Made by a program: the position numbers and the translations under genes. From positions 98,956-162,955 of the forward strand of contig DF237075.1 of assembly GCA_000708835.1 (NCBI GenBank): a DNA stretch of 64,000 nucleotides. The letters are read 5' to 3'. The stretch is from Klebsormidium nitens (taxonomy: Eukaryota; Plantae; Klebsormidiophyceae). Position 1 is the stretch's first letter. Each line of letters starts with the position of its first letter. The notes below the pieces were generated by a model. It did not search any database. It had not been told where the DNA came from and worked only from the letters and a program-made list of their open reading frames with translations. Shown piece by piece: positions 48,445-59,881 of this stretch.

Positions 48445-51400
48445 CTATGTCCAAGGTGTCGAAAAGGCTTCAACGAATGGATCCTGCACATGATGGATGC
48501 AGACGTCAAGTGCAGCATCGGTCTGATCGTCTGATATGAATATGTCACTGATTTGTTCCACTCTGAATTCAAGGTCGAGATCCTTGAAAAAGTCTCATTT
48601 GCGGAGACGAAGAGCAGGCGGCACGTGACGAGCCTTGCAAGGCTATAAGTCGGGCTTCGAAGCAAACGGAAGGTCTTCGGGACCTTCCGTGCCAAATGCA
48701 TGTCAGATGCTCTGAGTGGCCGCTCAGCTATATCAGAGAACCGTATAAGCTACTGTAGCCTGACGGGGACACGGCTGGATAACGCAGGATTTGATCCGCT
48801 CACCATGTAGATGTTGATGGGCATTCTTGTCTTCATACAATCGATCATCCGAAAAAGACGAGCTTGTGTTGCCGGTGACAAGGTCCGGTGCATCTTCAGC
48901 TGCTTTACAACTGTTTCAAGCGACACGATCGGAAGTCAACTTGCAGATCAAAAAGTGGCGCAGAGCGAGGGAACAGACAGTTTCGATTAAGCTGGCGACT
49001 TGTTTGTACTTGAAACGGAAAGCTCGCATGAATCCGCAATATATAAGTACTCTGCATACGAGAATCGGAGCCTGTTCTGCTCACCAGCGAAGACGTACCC
49101 AGCTCCGTCTCCGAACCTGGACTTCGAAAGTTTTAGATAAAGTCTGCACGAATCGAAAAGTCAAATGATTCTATGACCAGACGGAATTCGCGAAACATAT
49201 TGAAATCCTCTGTGCATCGATCTATCTAAGCTGGCAGAAGTCGGGATATAGACCGCCCCACGCGCAACACAGAACGATCTAAGTAACTGGGGGGAGCTGG
49301 TATACTGCAGTAGTCCATTTTCACAGCAGATTCGTACTGACGCCTAAGCCTTTGCTTAGGTAACTTGCTCTCAGATCTATTCAGAAACTTTGTAGGAAAA
49401 ATGGCCGAGCGAAGCAACTGACTCCGAGTATATTTGTCCAAGGTTTTCATCTGGGCTAAGGATCTTGTCATCAATGTCCCGTCTGATTCCGTCCACGTCT
49501 GGCTTCCCCGCTTCAAAAGCTGCTTCGAGACACGTCACCAGATTGTCCATCGTGTCTTCGCACGACGTCAAGAGCTCGACGTCGCTGATCTGCAGGTTGA
49601 GGTGAGACATCAGTCTTCGCGGCATTGAAACATAAAGCTGAACACTAAATTCCTCTCCAACCCAATTCATTCTGCAATCTCTCCTCGTAGACAGGAGGAG
49701 TTCGTCGCACGGTGTACCGAAATCTCGCTGACCCTAGGCTGGTCGGACTGCTTGGCGCTCAACACGTTCCAGGTCTCGAATCGCATTTAGCATACCGTCT
49801 GATCCTTTGAGTAGCACGCTGCACCAAGCGCCGATGTCAGCTCAAATATGTCAGATAGTTGGCAATAAAGTCGCATTTGTCAACAGGCTGCAATGCCCCT
49901 TCAAACTTAGAGAATTAGAAGACCTTTGATGTGAAAGATAAAAAGAAAGCAAGAATTCTAAATCACCTTGCAGTGAAGAACGTCACTTACGACCTCCCGT
50001 CTCAGGTCGGAGTTGCCAATGCTTTCCAAGACATGCTTCCAGCATGTGAGAAGATGCCCATAGGCTTTCGAAGACCTTCGAGTTGCAAGCACCGTGGAGA
50101 GCAGTTCAGAGACTGCAGATCACAGTAGCTTGAGTTAACAAAGGACTCACATTTCAATTAACATGGCGGAAACACGTAGTACAACAAGGAAAAAGTTCGG
50201 GTTCAAGCAACTCCATTGATTTGAATCGCTGGATCGACTGGAGAAGGTGATGCAAATCGAGCGATCGATGTATTTCGAGCAGAACTTCTGATGCTTTTCG
50301 AGGGAGTAGATTGGCTGTCCGCGTATCAATCAGAAAGGATTTGTAATTTGTGCATGAGGTAATCTGTCAATAGCCAAAGAGGAGTGTGATAGAGGCGACG
50401 AACCCAGGAAGCTCTTGTTTTCTTGGTGGAACGAGCCGAATATCTGGCCCACTGCCTCCACTACGGCCCCCAAAACGTCCCATTTCAAATGCAGGCACAA
50501 GCAGGATAGTAGCCCGTTGCAAGAAAGATTCCGGATCATTTCGCTGCATGAAGCAGAGCAATCTGATGAGAATCTCCGTTTTAAGAATTGAAGCTGTCAA
50601 CACCAGTGGAAGATAACGGGTTCAATATCAACAAGGATGATTTATGCGTACCCTCCTTCTTACTTGTTGACATGTTAAAACGGACAGGCGTTGACATCAC
50701 CCGCTCGCGAAAGCTGAGGGATCAAGCCTCCCTATCTGAGTCCGGTGACTGAAGCAGCTTGCAATCCAACACATGTTCACAGACCAGATGCGATAGACGC
50801 CTTTCAGTTTGGAAAGACGTCACCTCTCTGGAAGAAGTCCGCCATCCAAAAGCTTCCACAGTAAGTATAAGCAGTTCAAGTAAGCCTGACCGTCCCAGGA
50901 TATGAGCTCGTTCTTGCGTTCAAACAACTGCATAAGTAATCAGGATGCGTTCTGTTCCTCATTTTTTCAAGTTGACCTTGATGGCAAAGGGCTTTACAAG
51001 CAGATTGTCCAGATTTCTTAAAGATGTGAAAGAAGGGTTGCGATTTCCCTAGAACGCAAAAGCTTTCTGTGCAGGTTTTAGCCTCACCTTCATACTCAGT
51101 CTTTCTGCCGAGGCCAGCTCCTGCTCCTCGCAGCCTGATATTGGTCCTTTGTACCGATCAAGCTGCTGAGCGATATTTCTTAGGAAGGTGTTGCTATTAC
51201 CTGCATACAAACATCGTCTTTCATCATGCCGTTGACAGATCGTCGTGATAGAACCTTGTTGAAAGAACACCCTCCCAACTTCAAGAGTCGAAAGAACGAC
51301 TGGACCTCTTTTTAATTTAGCATCAATGGTCCTGGATCCTTCAGTAGAAACAGTTGTGCTGAATCAATGATGAATGCCATTTCGCGAAAACTGAGAAAAA

Positions 51401-51900
51401 CCCGCCAGCCGAGTAAGATTCACTCCATACTGAACATTCCCTGTCAGCCGTTCCTAAGAAAGGTCTCAATATTACACTTTCTTAATCAGCGACATGGATC
51501 CACGAAGCTCACTGCAAAACTCACCGGCTCTAGCCGTTGTTCCATGATCGTACGACGAACCCCCCACCAAATGTTGCTGATTACGCAGAAATTCTGAGAA
51601 TCGTTCCGTCATTGCATGCAAGCACCTGGCATGATAGTGAGATGTTGCATCAAGAACAGGGCTAAACGTAGTGTATCGCTGGTGCTGCATCGGCATGTTG
51701 TTAGGCTCAGCTAGGAACCTCAGTGCTCGTCTCTGGTGCTTCTCTGCTCTTGGTCTTTCTGAGACAGTCTCGAATTGCTGAGGCGGTGGGAGATGCAGAT
51801 CAGTCGAACATCTACCACATGGTAAGATGTTAAGATGGTAAGATCTTACTGCATTGGTGGCATCTGAAGCAGAGCATCTGCATGGCATTGAGCGCTCAAG
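48445..51900 (-). CDS. Probable multi-exon gene for an unidentified, alpha-helix-rich protein (boundaries approximate)
   Basis: Several AG/GT-bounded stop-free segments with helical character, for example NTFLRNIAQQLDRYKGPIS..RLSMK (about 51090-51200), GLLSCLCLHLKWDVLGAVVEAVGQIF, SELLSTVLATRRSSKAYGHLLTCWKHVLESIG..DVLHCK, ISDVELLTSCEDTMDNLVTCLEAAF and LETVVKQLKMHRTLSPATQARLFRMIDCMK. A single spliced ORF could not be assembled. Confidence 0.4.
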
Positions 51901-52969
51901 TATTAGTCGGCCCAAGTCGGCCGCTTTATCCGATGAGTCCCTAGCTTCACCTGACGTCCGCACTGCGTCCGCGTCGATCCGCACATAGCTTGTATCTGTG
52001 CCGGGCGGCCGGGCGGCCGCGATGGGCGACGCATGCGTAGGCTTTGCCCGGCGGTTTGAGGGTTCTATCATCTATGATAATTGGCTGCGCGGCCGGCCCG
52101 GCGGCCCGCGTGCGGATCCCCGCGTCGCCCTGCCCTTGTGCTAGGCAGCTGCTCTTCAGTCTTCCTCAATGATTGCCACCAATGCCAATGGGACCACAGC
52201 GTGGCGGCTGATCTGACAAATCGTAGGGCCCATTGCAAGCAAAGCGATTTGTTCAGCTGCATAATTACAAACCTGCGTTCATCCCCAGCTTGAGACCCGT
52301 TTGGGTCACCAAATGGCGCAGCGTTTTGTATCTCCCTGGGTGCAATACTGATTACACCAGGTAAGGCCACCTTTTCGACCCTTCGAAGCGGCGTAGTAAA
52401 CGTGTGAAGGGGCTTTTAAGCATTAAAGTAGAGTGCTTTGAGTCAATCTCTTTCACCACCCTTTATCCCGTTTTCATCTACTCCTTCCTATGTACTTCAA
52501 TGGGTTCTGACACTCATGAAGCAGCACTCTCCACAGAATGTCAGGGGGAGAGGTGGTGCAGGTATTTAGCTACCTTCAGTGGTTGAGCTCGTTCTGTTGT
52601 GCCAGCATCACACTAAAGGCGTTGAATCACTCTCTAGAGTGGCACTTTTGCAATGAACAGAAATCCTTGATAACTGATTGGTCGCTGAAAGAAGTCTTGA
52701 GTTGCTGAGTGCTTCTCAGCGACTTGGTTGAAATATTTGCAGTCGATTGTGGTATGGAAGAAAATGTTGGTACCATCAAACCCAATTGTCTATCTCAAGA
52801 TGAAGGGCATTTTGCAAGGAGCTGGGCTGTTTGTCTATCAGGCTTTTACTTCAATAGAACCATTGAAACAAATAGTGTGTTTCAAGTGTTCCATGACAGA
52901 GTCCTAAAGATTTTTTGAGTCAAGGTACTATAGGAAAGCCGGCAAGCCCCCTGATCTCCACTGGAAGAG

Positions 52970-55900
52970 ATGGCCAACAGCCGGTATGAGTATGTCAAGC
53001 GCTTTGAGCTGGCAGATGAGCTTCTGCCAGAGGTCTGGATAGTCATACGAATCGACGGAAGGGGCTTCACAAAGTGAGTGCTTTTTGAGTGAGTTTGCAG
53101 CAAAATTTCAAATACTATGATGATTTGACAGCCATCGAAGACTCTGCTTGCTTTTGCCCGTCTTTCTTTCAGTTATTGGCTGTAAGAAAGGACTGCAGCT
53201 ACTTTTGACCAATCACGCCTTTGTTGGGTAGACCTGACATGTTGTTTTGCAAAGTGGATGTGGGGATTAGGAACCTGTCAGACTAGTGGAGATTGTGTAC
53301 TTGGTTGATTCTGTTGTGAAATATCCTCGAACGAACAACTCCACTCATATGATCACCGTCTGCCTGCTCAAGTTGACGGTGCTAGCGCGCCTGTGCAGAT
53401 TTTCACAGGCGCACGAGTTTGAGAAGCCCAACGACGTGAGGGCGTTATGTCTAATGAATGCGAGCGCCAAAGCGGTGGTAGAAGACCAGCCAGACTGCAT
53501 CTTTGCATACGGGGTAAGCGACGAGTACAGGTGAGACCCCTTGTCAGTCTGATGTCAGCAGTCATGGCTGTCAACCAGGCTTCGTTTCCAGAAAGGCGGT
53601 ATACTGGCAGGCATCTCTCTTTTTGCAGAGTTGAGCAAAGTCCGCCTTTTCCTGGTCTGGTGAACTCGAGATGGTCTCAGAGACCCATTTATATAACGAC
53701 TACAGGAAAGGGAAGCGCGGAGCAACGTTCTGAGAAAAAGTCCAGCTGCCAGGACAGAGATGCTTGACGGCTATGATGCAAACGTTCTGAAAGAAGCATG
53801 TGACGCTGTGCAGTTTCGTCTTGAGGAAGTCGACCTCCTTATATCAGCGTCGTGCCAGGTGAGGTTTCCAATTTGAGTCGCCTCTGACTCGGTCCTTGAT
53901 CGATCGAGGATTGTTGAAGTCATCGTCATCTTCTTAACCTTCGGGCTAAGCCTGAATCGACTCTGCTGGCTTTCGATCTGGCTATCGCTCCTTTCACCTC
54001 TAAACGTCCGACATCAACTTTACTAGGGATGTCATACCAGTCTGTATTTGGCAGAGAAACAGTAGGAAAGGGGTCGCGAGGGCGCGCAAATTAAGCAAAA
54101 TGCGGCGGCCCCGACGGCGTTCCTTGCATTGCCATTGGTGGAAACTTTAGTCGGTAGTGCGCCGACATGCACGGCCTCGTACAATTTACATCGACGGCGG
54201 CACACCGCGTCCCGTCTATAGGTCGAATGAGCGGTAAACCGTCCGATAAAGAAATCAGACAGGAAAGTGGTTACAATCTTGTATCCGTACAGCTCCTCCG
54301 ACACGTGTTATATTCCTTGAAACCCGGAACAGCTTGCATATTCCGTTATCACGGTTATGCATAAGGTCACAGCCCGTCTTACATTCAGTAAAAGGTTCAA
54401 GGCACTGAAATGACATTGTAGGGCTCTAATTTTAAACCTTTCAGTGGTCATATGAAATCCAAGTACCGGTAGTTCCAAATAAACCCGAGTCTGAAACCCA
54501 GTCTATGGAGCGAAATCTATCAATAGAACCAGTAAACCTGGGTCTTACCTAATCACTTCTACTATGGTATAAGAGGATAAATCCGGATATATTTGAAAGT
54601 ACATGACTGATAATATTGTAGTGTGTTACGAAAATATCATCTTGCTATCCAAAACAGCCCCTCTGCCCGGGCGTAATTCCAATTTTTTTGATAGAGAATA
54701 CTTCCTGCGTACTGCTCAAAGAGGAGGGGGGTGACCCTAAGGGATTACCACGGGCGTTTGAGGTGTCCGCTTCAAGATTTCCAGACAAGCCTCCGTGGTG
54801 ACTGGTTCATCACGAACCGTAAAAGCTTGCTGAAGACACCCTACTTTTCACAAGATCAAAGTTGAGCTTACCCTCCTCAGGTTTCGAGGTGTCCGCTTCC
54901 CTGCTTCCAGACAAGCGTCTGTCACGTGGCCCGTCTGCCACAGTCTCACTTGCTGTTCGTGGCTGCGATTGCTCGTTGCCTCTCCCTGTCCTTCACTGCT
55001 CAGCTCGGTGTCATCGCTTCTCTCCGCAGCAAGCTGGTGTCGGTGTTTGTCTCGTACTTCGCCAGTAACTTCGTCCACCGATGGCCCGACTTCTTCCCCG
55101 ACAAGAATCTCCAGTACCTTCCTGCATTCGATGGCCGAGCGGTCTGCTATCCGACGGCTGCTATCCTGCGGGACTACCTAGCCTGGCGACAGGTCGACTG
55201 TGAGCTGCTGTTTCCGAATCGAAAATAGGTTTTCGTGTCGACTGGAAACGTAACTATCTTGCTGTCTCTTTGGTTAAGTATCCCTTGAAGATGAAGAACT
55301 TCCGATTCACTTCGCGGCGTGTGCCTGCCCAATAAGATTCAGATAAACTTCTGACCCTTCTTTCGTGTGCCTCCTTTAAGGGCACGGCTTTCACAAGAAC
55401 AGATTACTTCCACAGCAGCACTCACTCTGCAGGATCCTGTCTCCTTAATCGCCACATTGATCCAGAATAGGAACCGTGCAGTCAATTTCTCCACATGACG
55501 CTTTCCAAGGTCGAAGCCAAACATGTTTGGAACCTAGTGGCCAAAACACGTTGAGTGCGATTTTCCGTCACTTGTGTCCAAGCATTGGTCAGATTTACGG
55601 TCTTTTACATTCCGCCCGGGCTCTCTTGTGCTGCAGGTCACATCAACAACCAGTACAACGCGTGCTACTGGGCCCTCGTCAAGTCTGGCGCCACGCCAGC
55701 AGAAGCGCAGGCCACCATCAAGGTGCGCAAGCAGTCTCTCCGACACGGTTCTGCCTCCTGATGTCCAGCAAACCGCTTTCCCATCTGGAGCAAGAGCAGT
55801 TTTCCGCTTTTCACTGAGCCCACATAAACCGGGGACGCGTCTCTGATTTGCTAGTTGAGTGTCTTTTGTGATCTTCCCCAGCGCGTGCAGCAGCCAATAG

Positions 55901-57338
55901 CCGTTTGGGCGGAAGTGCGGTCTTTTGCTGTGGGAATCTCTGTAGTCTTTGTTGTGGTCTGAGCCGAGTAGAAATCGCGCCTTTGCTTATGTACGCAGGG
56001 TACGCAGGCTGACTTCAAGAACGAGCTCCTCTTCAAGCGGTTCGGCATCAACTACTCTACGTTGCCCGCCATCTTCAGAAAAGGCACTAGCATCTACCGG
56101 AAAGAGGTGAAGGTGTCCCCGATCGTTTATGGCTCCCTCCGTAGAAAGGACGTCAATGGGACATGCCGTCGCTTCCTTCTTGACGCAACGCACTCTAAAA
56201 GTTGAGCCTCTGTACGGGAGGTGCCGACATTCTTGGGGCTATCGAAGGGTCAAAGCGTCAAGGGCTTTTTAGACAAACGACTTACAGAAATTTTCCTGCT
56301 CGAGGCGCAATCGGGCAGTGGGTTTTCGGAAGTGACGATTCGCGTGCATCCTCGCAGCCAGAGCTAGTGCACCGGGCTGTAGACCAACAAATTTAATGCC
56401 TGAACGCTTCTGCTACCCCTTGCATACGTTGAGTATCGGGAGATATCACCATGTGCACTCCATCTTGCTTCTCAATGCCTCCTCGTCCAACTCAAGGGTG
56501 GCTGCCGCTTTTCCTTTCTGAGTGCAGGTCCAAAAGGCGCCGCCAGCCAAGAAGCTGCGCATTTCGGGGCGTGGCGAAAAGAACACAACAGCTTCTTCTC
56601 CAAACAACGATTCGCCGCCCATGACCATGGAAGACAAGCGCAACCTGAGCATTGCCCTAGCCAACATGGGTCCGGACCTCTTAAGAGGAATCGTCGAGAT
56701 CATCAAGGAGCGTCACGCTGAACTTATCTCGAACGACGAGGAGCTTACGCTGGACATCGACGTCCTGGATGACGCCACGCTTTGGGGGCTAAAGCGGTAC
56801 GTTGAAGAGAAGGTGGAGGGGCCACGGGCGTCCGAGGAGGCGGGACCGTCCGTGCCACCAGCTCAGGTGAGAGGCTGGCTTCGAAAGCCTGCCATCGAAA
56901 TCTCTGTGCTCGCCTTCTCCTAGCTAGGCCCCGTACGCCCATATAAATAGGCGAAAAGGGAGCATAGAAGTCAAGATTCACTCGGCAATCTCAAATTGAC
57001 GTCATGCGCAAGATGGTAGGTAAGATGCGCCGTTTAGATTGCGCTTTGACATCGTCATGAGTTGTTTCTTGCTGAATGCTTGTGTCAAACGACAGCTAGG
57101 TTTATCCATTGCCTTGCCTTCAGTTTTCGAAGTCGGTTTCCGCTTGTCAATACAGCCCTGCGAGGAGAACGGAGAGCGGGCACAGCGGAGAAAGCGACAG
57201 CTGGTGGTCGATCATTGTGACATAATAGGGCCCAGCTTCTGGAAAGAAAACCCAATGTTGCTAGGTCGTGACTTCCAGCCGAGAGACGAGAGAGAGTCGA
57301 ACGGTAGCTCCCCAGGAACTCGGACACAAGACACATGA
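52970..57338 (+). CDS. THG1: tRNA(His) guanylyltransferase THG1 with an internal ET-domain exon
   Basis: MANSRYEYVKRFE..IVIRIDGRGFT|..FEKPND..AYGVSDEY|SFVLRKSTSLYQRRAS|KLVS..FDGRAVCYP..YLAWRQVD|CHINNQYN..|GTQADFKNELLFKRFGINYSTLPAIFRKGTSIYRKE (ends 56106), then the ET exon 56528-56866, then PCEENG..VVDHCDIIGPSFWKENPMLL..* (57156-57338). Both catalytic Asp positions are intact. Confidence 0.92.
56528..56866 (+). other. 339-nt phase 0-0 exon encoding an NLS-like PAKKLR and a NET/ET (extra-terminal) domain
   Basis: MTMEDKRNLSIALANMGPDLLRGIVEIIKERHAELISNDEELTLDIDVLDDATLWGLKRYVEE matches the BET/GTE ET consensus (MT-x-EK-x2-L..L..EI-x-LDID-x-L..TLW-x-L). Flanked by tgcAG and GTGAG. Confidence 0.85.
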
Positions 57339-58346
57339 GTCTCAAAGTAATTGCGGAAAGGCTGCCTTTTTCATGCCTGTCCGGTCTGTCGAGTGGCACT
57401 GCCTGCATCCACTGTTGTGTGCAAATAACGGAGAGGTTGGACGTTACCCATAACATATATAGAGCGTTGGAGATTTTACACCGCAATACTAGTTCATTCT
57501 TCGTATCCCTTTGTATCCCATGGCAATACGCGAGAATGCGACAATTGAACCATGACACATGAAGAGTAATTGCGAACGTAGTGGAAATTACTCTCCACGC
57601 TTATTTTTTCACATGAAGAGCGGCCAAAGAAACCTTTGGCCACTGGATGATCGTAAGTGGCAGCCTAGATACACCTGCAGGAGTTGAACTCGAGTAAGGA
57701 GCGTTCCTCCTTAATTACCTATGTCTCCTTCATACTTGGTGTGCCACGAAGACATGTACAAACGAGGCTTAACCGATCGGATTAGCCTTCGATCTAGCCT
57801 CCTAGCTTGCTTGAGTTTGCGACCCCCTAGCTGCATTCTGCTAAATTTTGAAGACCGCATATCTTTCTACTTGCAAAATCGGAAGCCTAAGACCAATGCG
57901 TCGAACAGGCCGAACATTCCTGGGCGTGTCCTTCCGTGCAATCACCAACGTATGAGTTTGTCACTTTCAAAACTTGAAATCAAACTCATTTTTCCAATGC
58001 ATGAAGTTTTGCGACGGCGTTTGTGACGAAGGCCTATGTATCCACTATGTCGCTATGTCTAAGGCGCAGCTCTCTAGTTCGCCGCTTGAGTTTTTCGACG
58101 TCCCAGCTTCATGACTGCTGAACAGCTCAAATGCATGCATGAGCCCATTGCAAAAAACAAATCGACCTGCCTGCAAATAGAGCAATCAGGCTATCATGTC
58201 ACATGCGACTCGAGTGCTTTGAAGTTTGCACTTCTTTGGGCTGTCCAGTGCATGTGCTCATTGCATTTGTTGCATCTGCCATCAATGCATCTGCTCTGGA
58301 GCTGGTAGGTACAGGTAGTGGTACTACAGGTACCGGTAGACATACG

Positions 58347-58581
58347 GAGCGGGGTCAAGGAGAATTAGTAATTTCAGGACCGGGGCCGGGGATGCTGTTG
58401 GAAGGCGTGACGTGGCGAGGTTTAGGGTTTTGACTGGGGCCTTTTCATCCGTGATTGGCCGAAAGGAGCCTAGCCCAGGGTTTGGCCCCTAAACCTCGCC
58501 ACGTCACGCTTTCCAACAGCATCCCGGGCCGGCCCCGGTCCTGAAATTTTACTATTTCTCCTTGACCCCGCTCATACGGTA
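58347..58581. mobile_element. Near-perfect foldback hairpin / MITE (arms 58347-58427 and 58487-58573, 59-nt loop)
   Basis: The arms differ by 2 substitutions and 2 short indels over about 85 bp. The right end reads TACGG|TA, like the other TA-flanked elements in the window. Confidence 0.8.
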
Positions 58582-59087
58582 CTAACTTGTAAGGTGCTAT
58601 AATAGCCAGATTGACGTGGCTTGCGCTGTACGGAAAATGACGCAACTTCCTCATTCTCATTGGGCGGCCTGCGATCATCCTGCAAACTTACCCAGAAAAC
58701 GTACGGTCAATGGGGCGCCAATCACTTCTGAACAGCCGGGACCGACGCTTCATTGATTTTCTACATGTTTTGAGTCACTCCGGAGTCAGTACTTACTACT
58801 AAGTCTGTACTTGGCACATTGCACCTGTGTACAGTTTACGGTACGGTACCTACCTTGATTTACGGTAGGTATCTATACTGAGCATGGCAGAACGGCAACT
58901 GCCATACCGTACTAGGTAATAAGTACCTACTGGTCGGTGCGCTGTCACGCACCAATCGTGTGTACCTACCGTGTACCTCGCGTCGTGCCTCTTCCTGCAT
59001 TGGCAGACTACCGTAGGTACCTCCTACCACCTGGGGTACCGGTACACTGTAGCTACATGCAAGATTGAAGACAGCAGAATAGAGTTA

Positions 59088-59387
59088 CCCGTAGTCCAAG
59101 GTAATGATTCCGAATAAATAAATAACTATTTGCAGTCGGAAAGCCAAAAATTCGGATGTCTTTATTCGGAAAGTGGAAATTCGGAAAAGTTAATCAAATC
59201 TGGAATGGTCCTCGGAAGCCCAAAAACGGCCAAAAACAGCTCTAAAATCCCCCTCTTGAGTGGGAACATAGGGCATTCGGATTGTTTTCGGAAATCAGCA
59301 TAAATAAATCTGCTTCTTTGGTCGGATTGTCGGAAAATACTCGAATTCAAAATAAAATCGTTCGGAATCATCACGTTGGACTACGGG
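59088..59387. mobile_element. TA-flanked Tc1/mariner-like MITE (300 bp)
   Basis: 27-bp TIRs CCCGTAGTCCAAGGTAATGATTCCGAA and (reverse complement) CCCGTAGTCCAACGTGATGATTCCGAA, 2 mismatches. TA on both sides (59086-87, 59388-89). Internal TCGGAA repeats. Confidence 0.85.
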
Positions 59388-59881
59388 TACCTAGCTATGT
59401 ACAGGCGCAGGTGCAGAAGCTAATACGGTGTTCATGGCAGCATGGGCCGAAGATGGAGCCTTCCCTTTGCCAAAGATGGAGGGCTTCAGAAAAGCAGGCG
59501 CAGCGCGCTACTGTGACATGACACGAGACTTCGATATTTGTGGAGATCATTGAGGAACTTACTTAGTACTGACTAGAGTTCCTTCTGGTGGCAACGTCAT
59601 TGAGACTGTATCAAAGGGTCTTACAAACAGTGTCATCAATCTTATCCTGCGACGTCAGAGTGCAAAGCCTTGGCCCCTTTCTCCAAGCAATATTTATACA
59701 TGCGGGGAGCTGCAGGATCTTGGCGTCCGTTTTGCACGTCAAACTTGATCACGCCACCACCCTGACTTCCTTCTAGTAGAGCCTGCGTTAAGCGCTTCAA
59801 GCAAAGAGCTTTGCTCAAAAGTTCGAGCAGATTACCTGCGCATAGGGGAAGTGACTCGGAAAGGCTACGCAAAGCGGCACT

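Noticed and set aside
50367-50603. LLVPAFE..PRKQEL frame (plus YKGPIS upstream) suggesting a GT49/LARGE-like glycosyltransferase
   Set aside because: The other GT49 motifs are missing or fall in stop-interrupted frames, and an overlapping frame fits the neighbouring helical exons better.
54024-54670. Ac-like TAGGGATG start and AT-rich interior in a long THG1 intron
   Set aside because: No convincing partner TIR or 8-bp TSD was found. It may be an old insertion but cannot be supported.
57622-57641. Perfect 8-bp stem, 4-nt loop (GGCCAAAG-AAAC-CTTTGGCC) downstream of THG1
   Set aside because: It is not the histone stem-loop sequence, and the next CTAG is about 23 nt away, too far for a typical Helitron end.
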